Source: Eledone cirrhosa (taxonomy: Eukaryota). From it: a DNA stretch of 64,000 nucleotides. The notes beneath the pieces were generated by a model. The model did not search any database. It saw only the letters and a program-made list of their open reading frames with translations, and was not told the DNA's origin. Of the stretch, positions 49,201-60,274 are shown piece after piece. The stretch's first letter is position 1; each line of letters starts with the position of its first letter. Both the position numbers and the translations under genes were made by a program. The stretch is from contig OZ024766.1 in NCBI GenBank assembly GCA_964016885.1, positions 14,384,001 through 14,448,000 on the forward strand. The letters are read 5' to 3'.

Positions 49201-52005
49201 TAAAAACCATGTCCCTCACCTAAAATAGTGCCATCAATGTTGTTAATATTTTGAATAAACCTGTTTTACTAAGAAATTCTCCTTTCATTTTATGTCCGTA
49301 CAAACACAGTCTTCTCTCTTACACACCACTTCAGCTCACTCTTAAACCCAGCTTCTTCTTGAACTTGTCCAAGCTCTCCCTTTCTCTCACACTTACACAA
49401 CATATCCTACAAAGCATGGTTGTTTCATATCTCTCCAGTCTACATAACCTCTGCAGTCACAGCCCTTATTTCGTTACCATGCATCATTGCATATCACCCA
49501 CATGTGTCATACAGTTGTCCTTTTGTACAGAGAGAGAGAAACCTTTTGTGGTCAACTGTTGCAGTAGCTCTCTAAACTTTTTCCATCCTATCCTTATTCT
49601 AGCTATACATCTTTCAGAGCAGCCCCCTCCACTTCTAATTAACTCACCTAGATTGCAAAATATATTTGTCAGCATACTTTATGAAGGGTCTGTTTGGAAG
49701 TGCCTCGCCTAATAAACAATGGTGCCATAACTGGACTCAGAAACCAATGGTCACACATACATGGTAAGTTAGCTAAGAACGTAGGTTTTACATTGGTTCA
49801 CTGCGCTGGAGAAGTAAGCAGCAATCACGTTTAGGAGACAAGCTCTATCAAATATTTAAAGGGTTCCATAGAAGCAGTTGACAGTTTCTGTTACCTGGGG
49901 TATCAAATAAGCAGTGGAGGTAGGTGTTCTGAAAGTACAGTAACAAGAGTAAGAACAAGATGGCAGAGGTTTAGGGTGTTACTACTGCTGCTAGCTACAA
50001 AAGGTTGTTTCACCAAATTGATGTGTGCATATAAACAGCAATGCTGCATTGCAGTGAGGACCCCAGAAGATTGGATAGAAATGAAGCTTGAATTCTCCGA
50101 TGGATGTGTAATATTAATATACATGAAGGGGAAAGTGTTAATAAACTGAGAGAGAACCTGGGCATGAGAGGGAAAAGATACAGTATGCAGGAGAGGAGAT
50201 TGCTGTGGTATGGACATGTGATGTGTATGAAGGTAGAGATGCTGTATAAAAGGTTGACCACTTGAAATTGATGGAAGAGGAAGACCTAGGAATGCTTGGG
50301 ATGTGGAGGTAAAAACTGACCTGACACCATTGTACCTCTCAAAGGTGATGACACAGGATTGAAATCTCTGGCGTTATACAGTACTGCAGGAGACCTGCAT
50401 TCCCATGTGCACGGGTTGACACAACATTTAGTGGTTTGAAGTATGCTCCAATTTTCCTCCCTTTCACATCTTAACACTCCACCCCCTTACCAGCTAAGTA
50501 CACCACCCTGACCTACCTCTCCAATCCCCACTCTACATACACACAACCCCACCCCCACTTTCACATCTGATACACCTCTCTTGACCAACCCATGTATACA
50601 AGTAAGGAAAGCTTAACATTATCTCCTCCAATGCTGCTGAAATGGCTAAAAGCCCTCAGGCAACCCTGTAAGGTGGTCATGCAGGTGTCATGACAAAAGA
50701 ACACTGAGTCCACTCTGTTAGGTAACATGACAAAAGAACACCTAACCCTCCCTGCAAGGTAGTCATGCTGATGACATGACAAATAAGCACCCAGTCCACC
50801 CTGTGAGGTAGACATGACAGAAGGCCCCTAGCCCACTCTGTAAAGTAGTCATGCTAGTGGCAAGACTGAAGGGACCCGAAGCACCCTTCAAAGTGATCAA
50901 ATTGGTGACATGACTTGACACCATTTTTTAGTTTACTTCTAAAATATCTCATTTTTATTTTACTTTTAAAATATCTCATATATTTAAAAATTACTTATTT
51001 TAAAAAATTATTATTTATTTCTTAAAAAAATTACTTTTTAAAGATTATTTAAAATTTTTTAATATTTTTAAATATTTTTTTAATATTTTTAAACATTTTA
51101 AATAGTTTAAGTACTTTTTAAGTATTTTATTTTGTTAAAAGGGTTTTTTGAGTATCTTCTGAGATTAAAAAACATTTTTTTTTTTATTTTTCCAGAAATT
51201 TTTTCCAGAACTTTTAATATTTTAATATTTTTAATATTTTTTAATTATTTAATATTAGAGTTATAACCAATAACTAATTCTGGCTATATATATCTTTCAA
51301 CATTTATATCTTCGTCAAAATGGTCTCATACTAACTAATAAATAAACAAAGCTGGGTTTTTCAGTATCTTCCTAATTTAAAACATTAAAAACATATAAAT
51401 AATCTTATTAACTCAGTTAATTTAATTACTTACACTAAATATAAACCAGTATCCCTCATAACTTATTTAAACAATTATCTATAACATGATATAGCCATTT
51501 ATCCACTCATATATCTATTCTTCTATCTATTGATTCTCCTATTTTCTACTTTATATCTATTTATTTTCAATTTATTATTCAATGTCTTTATATATATTTA
51601 TATTTTCTATATATCTATTTTTCTATATACTTATAATAGTAAATATTATATTGTATTATATTAGAATTCTAACAATAATTAGTAAATATACGTAACATTA
51701 ATATAAACTTAATACTTATTTACGTTACATGAGTTCATCCTCTATAAATGTCTTTCTTCTCTCTATCTCTCTATCTATCTCATAACAGTAATTTTTTCTC
51801 TCTCTTTCTTCTCTTTCTTCTCTTTCTTCCCTATCTTTCCCCAGCGTAATTTAAATAAACGGTTGTTTTTTCAATTTTTCATACATTCATTTGCATATTC
51901 ACACATAACTTTGAATTACCCCTAATAAGTTTCCCCTATCCAGCGAATTTCCGACCGTTAAGGTTGATTTCCATGGGTATGTCGTTATTTATAAAACAAA
52001 TTTTG

Positions 52006-52070
52006 TATTTTATCTGATGAAAGAGCACCAAGATTGACTTGGTCGCCCTTGAAATATATATAATAAAATA
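52006..52070 (+). ncRNA. Minimal type I hammerhead ribozyme motif
   Basis: UAUUUUAU-CUGAUGA-AAGAGCACCAAG auuga CUUGGUcGCCCUU-GAAA-U AUAU AU-A-AUAAAAUA; 8-bp perfect helix I and intact core. Confidence 0.85.
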
Positions 52071-53157
52071 AATATGCAAAAGTTCTATTTAAATTGTTGG
52101 GATACAACGAGCAAATATGTTTATAACTGATATAAAGCACTCAACAAGTATTTGGAATAAACATACGATATTAACAATCCTTTTGTATTCTATGTACTCA
52201 ATTATACTATGTACTATATTGATTTATACTTCTCTCTATATGTGAGTATATATGTATATGTGTATATTGACATACATGTACATGTGTTCTATGCATTTTT
52301 ATGAATATATGTCTGTCAGTATGTATGCATGCGTGACGCGTATCTACCAATTGGATGAGGATGCACACACATGTATATATATGTATATGTAAGAATTGTG
52401 TGTGTACATGTACATGTATACCCATACAATTTGATTGCAGATAGACATAACTAACAGCCATAAATGCATAACAGCTAATCTTATATATTTATATATATAT
52501 ATTAAAAAGAAATTGTTATAAAAAATATTTTATTTAATAACACAAAGGATGGATAAGATTAAATTAAAAATTCATTTATGCTTTGTATGTATATATTATA
52601 TACGTGGTTAGATATGGTGTGTATTTTGTGAGTGTGTGTATATATATATTTATGTGTATTTTTGCGTGTGTACGTGTTATATGATATGTAGTTCTCTAGC
52701 AATATATAGATTTCTTAATGTTTAGATTCCAATTTTTAATATATTGATCTCAATTTTTAAACTAAATATCTAATCATAGTTAAACAATGATTAATTTCTC
52801 ATATTATGTATGTATATTCCATTCATGATTATTAATATTTCTAATTTTATTTATTCATTTCATCTCAATTGTTAAGTTAACTTAATATGACATGACTTAA
52901 TGTTTTCGTTCTTTCCCCCTCTCTCTATCTCTATATTTTTCTCTCTGTCTGGTGTTTTGATATATCTCTCTTGTTTTTCTCTCTTTTTTCTGTCTCCCTT
53001 TTCTCTCTCTCCGTCTTTTTCCTTATCTGTAACACAACGACTTATTTTAAAAATACTAATATAAGTAAACAACTCCACTATCCCTGAGTCTTCCAAAAGT
53101 AACGGTTGCATTTTGTAAGGGTATGTCAATATTTATTTATAAAACTGTTATATATTG

Positions 53158-53222
53158 TATTTTGTCTGATGAAAGCATACCATAATTTAACATGGTATCC
53201 TTGAAATATGTATAATGAAATA
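53158..53222 (+). ncRNA. Minimal type I hammerhead ribozyme motif (paralog of 52006-52070)
   Basis: UAUUUUGU-CUGAUGA-AAGcAUACCAU..AUGGUAUcCUU-GAAA-U AUGU AU-A-AUGAAAUA; helices conserved despite sequence change. Confidence 0.83.
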
Positions 53223-53290
53223 GATATGGTTTTATAAATATAGTTTCCATTTGTTAATATCGTATAATAAAATAAATATAATTTTATAAA

Positions 53291-53620
53291 TCATCATCAC
53301 CGTTTTACGTCCGTTCTTCCATGCTAGCATGGGTTAGACGGGTTGTCCTGTTGTGGGTAGTGTCTGGTCGGCTGACCATGCCTTGCTCATACAGGAACTG
53401 ATTTTGGCTTTTCTACAGCCGGATGCCCTTCCTAACACCAACCTCATTTACAGTGAGTGTTGCGTGCTTTTTTCCGTGGCGCCTATGCGTCCACTTTACA
53501 GTGTGGGCTGGGTGCTTTTTTTGTGTGGCACCTCCACGACCACTTTGCAGTGGGAGGGTGTGGGGGCATATTGTCTATATGCTTCAGCTTGAACCCATGG
53601 GAGGTCGGGTACTCTGTATT
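53291..53620 (-). mobile_element. RTE/SINE 3' end
   Basis: (CAT)n, ccatgctagcatgggttagac and ggatgcccttcctaacacc motifs shared with the other RTE tails. Confidence 0.8.
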
Positions 53621-53961
53621 ACTGCGTGACGCCAGAGGTCACGGTCGTGTGTCATCGCCTTTGAGAGGTGTGTGTTTATATATATATATGTATATATATA
53701 CAAATAAATTATCGAGAATCGGAATCTCGGCCCACGAAATAACGAAACACAATCTTCGAAAAGTGTAGCAAAGTGCTCAATAGTTTGGATAAACCAGAGC
53801 TATAACTAATATTTAAATACCAACACACTGAGATAATGCTTAAAATCATTCGCACAGCCGAAAAAACGACCAAGAAAATTCGGGTCAGACAAATAATAAA
53901 TAAATATATATATATATATATTTTTTTTTTCTTTTAACATATATGTGTTTATAAAATATAT

Positions 53962-54038
53962 ACAGGGTCTCCCCAAAAATATAAACACATTTCAACTACA
54001 GTCTATGTAAGTGTGTATATATTTTGGGGGGACACTGT
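53962..54038. mobile_element. Small Tc1/mariner-type MITE (inverted paralog at 55598-55674)
   Basis: TA-cagggtctccccaaaa...ttttggggggacactg-TA. Confidence 0.7.
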
Positions 54039-54827
54039 AATATACATATCATTAAACGTATCTCCTACATGTGTATAAATAAATATACATGTATTTTATT
54101 AACAATTTTCTGTAGAATCTGTTAAACATGGAAGAAAATGTGGAGACTAAATAAAATTAACGTGTTGGTCACATTAACTTAATAATATAACTATATATTA
54201 ATGAAATATGTCGAAATAAAAGTTGTAATTATGACAAAAATATAGATTCGGTAGTTTATTATGACCAAGATTGAATATTTAATGGAATTAAGTGGAATTT
54301 ATTAGGAAATAAGACAATAAAACAGTGAAATGTTGAGGTTAAAAGAGAGAAAAACAAAATGTCCTCTCTTTATAAACTTTAATGTGGTTGAATTAGTAGC
54401 GGCACGGCTTACTAAACTCAGCTCTCTCAAGGGTTCGAATCTCACGTAGTTTACTATAGTGTCTACAGAGTTATCTCCTACTGCTTTTATATAATTTAAC
54501 TGTTTACACTACAGAGGGCGCTACAATCATTTACTAGTGTGACCAATGGTTTGCAGTCTGGCTTACTAACGCCAGGACTAAAGTGTTACATGGTTCCAAC
54601 CGGGCTGGTTCCTTAATTTTTAAAAAGAGTTATCACCCATAGTCTTTCAGAGATTCCTCGAAAGGTGGCGTGGCGATCTGCTTTTATGAGGAGTAGTAAG
54701 AGACAATAATATATGTAAGGAGGAGGAGTGAGAGAGACAAAAACAAAACTGTGTTAATTCTCTCTCCCCCTCTCTTCTTTTACTCTATCTACCTGTTATG
54801 TCTTCATTTCACTGTTTTATTGTCTTA

Positions 54828-54858
54828 CTAGCAGTGTATCCCGGCGTTGCACGGGTAA
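54828..54858 (-). mobile_element. Helitron-like 3' terminus
   Basis: Minus strand ACCCGTGCAACGCCGGGAT hairpin followed by ...CTAG|T. Confidence 0.6.
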
Positions 54859-55284
54859 GAACATTGGTAATAGCACCTCCAATGAGAAACCTTTATTTGT
54901 GAGTGCCTGTTAAAAACTCACAAACTGGACATGCTCACCGACATCCAGAGTTGACACTGCACTCAGTGCTCCTGTGGGAGCCCCTGCATGGACACACTGG
55001 AAGAGGAAGACTGAGGTGAACATATGTTGATGCCCTCAGGACAGACACTGGTTTGTTGGAGGTGCAGGACATGGCAGTGATAATGAGGGACAGAGACCCC
55101 CTGGAGAGACCTCGTCTATGGTTCTTGGGAATTTTACCCGTCCTAGGTAGATAGATATATTTGTATGTGTATATTTATATATATGTATATGTGTATATAT
55201 ATATATATATATGCGTGTATATGTATGTATATCTATACAAATATATAAAAGTGAAATTGTGTGTGTGTGTGTGTCCTGATTTTT

Positions 55285-55470
55285 GCACCGCCAAGGAAGC
55301 ACCAGAGATGTCGCAGCCTCAGGGCGTGTTTGCGCATCATCAGCCGCAGCATGCCAAGCCCTCCACGCAACGGGTGTTGACAGCAGATGAATAGTCTGAC
55401 CATGGGAGCATGTCCCTTCCATAGAAAGCGGAAGAGGAGGTGCTCCATTTTTGTCAGAGTTGGGCCGGGG
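55285..55470 (-). mobile_element. L1/Tx1-clade LINE ORF2 fragment
   Basis: LLFRFLWKG...CCQHPLRGGLGM...ALRLRHLW resembles the FLW...P..GGLG motif of L1/Tx1 ORF2. Confidence 0.75.
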
Positions 55471-55735
55471 CAATATTTCCTAATTCCACTTAATTCCATT
55501 AAATATTCAATCTTGGTCGAAATAAATATTTTCATCTGTGACGATCTGTACAACCAATAATAGTAGGAGTCACGTTACATGATATGTATATATATATACA
55601 GGATGTCCCTAAAATATGTATACACATTTACATAGACTGTAGTTGAAGTGTGTATACATTTTGGGGAGACCCTGTATATATTTTATTTATATATATATAT
55701 GTTAAAAGATGATTGATATATATATCTACACTCAA

Positions 55736-56126
55736 ATAAATTAATAAAATAATGAATAAACAAAGAAACAGTTCTTTATATTAAAAAAATTCATCATTTT
55801 ACGATCGTTTCTAGGATATATATGTGTTAGAGTTGGTATGCATATTCTATAGATCTATGTACAATATTTATACAAACTATCAGAGGGAATATACATACCT
55901 ACACATATATATGCTGTCTTCAGAAATAATATTATTTCTGAAGACAGCATATATATGTGTAGGTATGTATATTCCCTCTGATAGTTTGTATAAATATTGT
56001 ACATAGATCTATAGAATATGCATATAAACCTCTAACACATATATATCCTAGAAACGATCGTAAAATGATGAATTTTTTTAATATAAGGAACTGTTTCTTT
56101 GTTTATTCATTATTTTATTAATTTAT
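55736..56126. repeat. ~390-bp spacerless palindrome
   Basis: Centre cagaaataat|attatttctg at 55930/55931; arms about 195 bp with few mismatches. Confidence 0.93.
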
Positions 56127-56328
56127 CTTGACTCTGTTTTCCGTTTATTTTTCACCGAAAGTAGTTGTTGAATGCATCTTCTCTTTTCATGATATCCGGA
56201 TTACATTGAGTTCTTCATACGGATTGGACACTACCGTAAACTTTTGGTAGATTTATCTACATTCTACACTCAAATGTATATTTATATATTTATATATATA
56301 TAAATATATATAAATATATTTATATATT

Positions 56329-56360
<32 letters not shown>

Positions 56361-57134
56361 AAGATATATATATACTTTTACGTGTATACATCTGAAAATG
56401 TATATATGCATGTAAACATATACGTAAACATACATGTTTATATATAGATGGACAGTTATACATATACAATAACTTATTTATATACATAAATATACCACCA
56501 GGCATGGAGCTGCCAACTAACCAGAGCTCCCTCATAATGGACCAGCTAGATCCCAAAATACAGGCCTGCTAGCCAACACACAGTCCCAATAAGTGTAAAC
56601 TACAGCGCAGCTATCTGGACTGACTTCTCTTAAGACTACTCATTATCCCACTACATCTTTTGTATACTATATATATACTGTATATATACTGTTTATATAT
56701 ATATACACACACACATATAATTGTGTATTCAAACATTATCTTAGTAATGAAATAATAATTTTAGTAAATTGTTCAAAATTCTTCATAAACCCTTTTGGTA
56801 GAAACCCAGCCAAAATAGGTTCTCCTTCTATGGAAATGGTTCCTATCTAAATTAAAGTCTTCCAACGAAATTCTATATAACAACCATATGTTATGTTACT
56901 ATGTTAGTAATTAACTAACAATTGTGATAAATAGCTCATAATTATTCATAATTAATTGAAATACAAGGTTCATAATTATAATAAAATCTTCGAATAGGCT
57001 ACGAAGCCGGTAAACCTTAAAGGTACGCAACACAAACATCGTTATAGCGTTGCACCAGGCAATTCCTTCCTCAATCATTACATAGATGTGTGTATGTAAT
57101 AATTATTTTGTATTGTGTGTCTATTTATGAATAT

Positions 57135-57520
57135 GTATGTGTAGATGTGTGTGTGTGTAACACAGTAGATGTGTGTGTGTGTAACCCAGTAGATGTGTGT
57201 GTATGTAACTCAGCAGATGTGTGTGTATGTAACTCAGCAGATGTGTGTGTATGTAACTCAGCAGATGTGCGTGTATGTAACACAGTAGATGTGTGTGTGT
57301 GTGTAACACAGTATATGTATGTGTATGTAACACACTAGATGTGTGTGTATATATAACACAGTAGATGTGTATGTAACGCAGTAGATGTGTGTATATGTAA
57401 CACAGTAGATGTGTATATATAACACAGTAGATGTGTGTGTATGTAACACAGTAGATCTGTGTGTATGTAACACATTACATGTGTGTATGTAACATAGTAG
57501 ATGTGTGTGTATGTAACTAA
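57135..57520. repeat. ~22-24-bp minisatellite
   Basis: Unit gtaacacagtagatgtgtgtgtat with variable (TG)n. Confidence 0.92.
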
Positions 57521-58377
57521 AGTGTAACGTACGTTACGAATGGACAACTAAAAGATTTTAACTTGTTTTTTAACAATTGATGGTGGAAAAAAATTTAAAT
57601 TGTCTCAATTCAGACCATAAAGGGCCGCAACACACGGTGTTTGACACACTTACCGGCTACATAGCCTCGGAGTCTATTTTACTGAGACCAGCTACATATC
57701 TTCTTCCTAAAATCTTCCAACATAATTTTATACAAGAACCACATGTTAAGTTACTAATAAAATAATTAATAATTAAAAACTTCAGTAAATCCTTCAAATG
57801 ATATCTCAGTAATGAAATAATTAATAATTGTTATAAATACCTCAAAATTCCTCATTAATTAAACCCAAGACAGGTAAAAACTCCAGAGTCTTTCAATCGG
57901 ACATGAAACAAATTAATTTCTAATGGAAGAAGTAAAGATTGTAAAGTCAGCCAAGGGAGATCACTCTCAGCGACTTATTGTAAATCTTGTTCCTGAATTA
58001 ATCCGGATTAAAATATTCCGGTGTATTTTGTGTGGAGGAAACCGGATTTAGGCGGTGATAGCACGCAATACATGAACGTATGGTTCGTGAGTTCGAATCC
58101 CAGACCGGGTGGTCTGTACGTTGGGGCCTTGAACAAGACACTTTATTTCTCATTGTTTTATTTCACCCAGCTGGCAAAGATAATAAGTTGTAATAATTAT
58201 AGTGGAAACGTTGTTACATAGAATTGTCACACTGAATCTCCCTGAGAAGAATGTCAACGGTATACGTGTCAATGAAATACTCAGACACATTATAATATAA
58301 GATGGGTTCTACATGTATTTCAAACGGAAGCCATGCCATACGTCTTGCTGAATCTCCCTGAGAACTAAGTATATACT

Positions 58378-59440
58378 AGTGACTATCAGACATAGTGTAT
58401 CTAGGATTACATTATCTAATGTACAGTACAGTAGTTAGTATTAGTGGCTATAAGACATAGTTTATCTAGGACTACATTATCTAATGTACAGTACAGTAGT
58501 TAGTATTAGTGGCTATAAGACATAGTATATCTAGGACTACATTATCTAATGTAGAGTATAGTAGTTAGTATTAGTGGCTATAAGACATAGTATATCTAGG
58601 ACTACATTATCTAATGTACAGTATAGAAATTAGTATTAATGGCTATAAGACATAGTGTACCTAGGACTACATTATCTAATGTACAGTATAGTGGCTATCA
58701 GACATAGTGTACCTAGGACTACATTATCTAATGTACAGTATAGTGGCTATCAGACATAGTGTATCTAGGACTGCATTATCTAATGTACAGTGTAGTGTCT
58801 ATCAGACATAGTGTATCTAGGACTACATTATCTAATGTACAGTATAGTGGCTATCAGACATAGTGTACCTAGGACTACATTATATAATGTACAGTATAGT
58901 GGCTATCAGACATAGTGTATCTAGGACTACATTATCTAATGTACAGTATAGTGTCTATCAGACATAGTGTATCTAGGACTACATTATCTAATGTACAGTA
59001 TAGTGTCTATCAGACATAGTGTATCTAGGACTACATTATCTAATGTACAGTATAGTGTCTATCAGACATAGTGTATCTAGGACTACATTATCTAATGTAC
59101 AGTATAGTGGCTATCAGACATAGTGTACCTAGGAGTACATTATCTAATGTACAGTATAGTGTCTATCAGGCATAGTGTATCTAGGACTACATCATATAAT
59201 GTACAGTATAGTGGCTATCAGATATAGTGTACCTAGGACTACATTATCTAATGTACAGTATAGTGTCTATCAGACATAGTGTATCTAGGACTACATTGTC
59301 TAATGTACAGTATAGTGGCTATCAGACATAGTGTACCTAGGACTACATTATCTAATGTACAGTATAGTGTCTATCAGACATAGTGTACCTAGGACTACAT
59401 TATCTAATGTACAGTATAGCAGTTAGTATTTGTGGCTATC
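58378..59440. repeat. 65/52-bp minisatellite, ~19 copies
   Basis: Unit gtggctatcagacatagtgtatctaggactacattatctaatgtacagtata, with an extra 13 bp in the edge copies. Confidence 0.95.
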
Positions 59441-60274
59441 ATTATTATAGACTTCAAGTCGGTAGACGGTCAGACGCTATGCTTTCCAGCATAGTTACGT
59501 ACCTTTACGATCTGAGTTCAAATCCCGCCGAGGTTGACTTTGCCTTTCATCCTTACGGGGTCGATAAAATAAAGTACCAGTAATGCACTGGGTAATTGCT
59601 GGCCTTGTGCCTAAAGTAGAAACAATTATTATAGACTTCAAGTAAATCTTTGTCAACTTACCTCCTTCACATATAATCAATGTGTTGTGTTGTTAGTTGT
59701 TACTAAACAACCAAAGAAATAATCTCTTTGTTATCAAATTAAAAGTTTCAAAGATGTTATCAGCTTTATTTCACGACATTAACGTTGGTGTATCTTCTTC
59801 ATCTTTAGTCATAAATTCATATCTTGTCAGAATGAAGTAGTGAGGCTGACTTTATGTCTTTAGCTACAGATTTGATAGGAAATATATATATATTAGGATG
59901 ATATGTGGTCTAAAATATAAATATTGTCTATAAATGACTGATAGCAGATGTTCTGGTGAAATAGTAGTTTTACTACTACAGATTGTAATGGAACTCCTAG
60001 TAGACACAATTGTAAAGTAAGAATAAATATGACAGTGTAAGACTGATGTCGGGGAAAGTAAATTGTGTATATATATATATATATATATAATTGTTACACA
60101 AGATATAATTAGATTAATTAAAGTTATAATGAAGACAGCAGGTACTCGGTGTCATTGACAATATTTCACCCCTCTTACCGGTGTCATACGTTCTTATATT
60201 GGGACACTTTTACTGTATCTGCTGCGATATTTCGTGCCTGCTTTTACTGCAAGTGCAAGAAGGATAACAAAAAG

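Noticed and set aside
55915-55950. CTGAAGA at the palindrome centre as a hammerhead core
   Set aside because: No helix II-GAAA-NUH arrangement follows.
59655-59860. Possible 5' exon of the minus-strand gene (G|GTAAGT donor near 59660)
   Set aside because: Only a donor-like motif; no signal-peptide ORF or acceptor, and 28 kb from the next exon.
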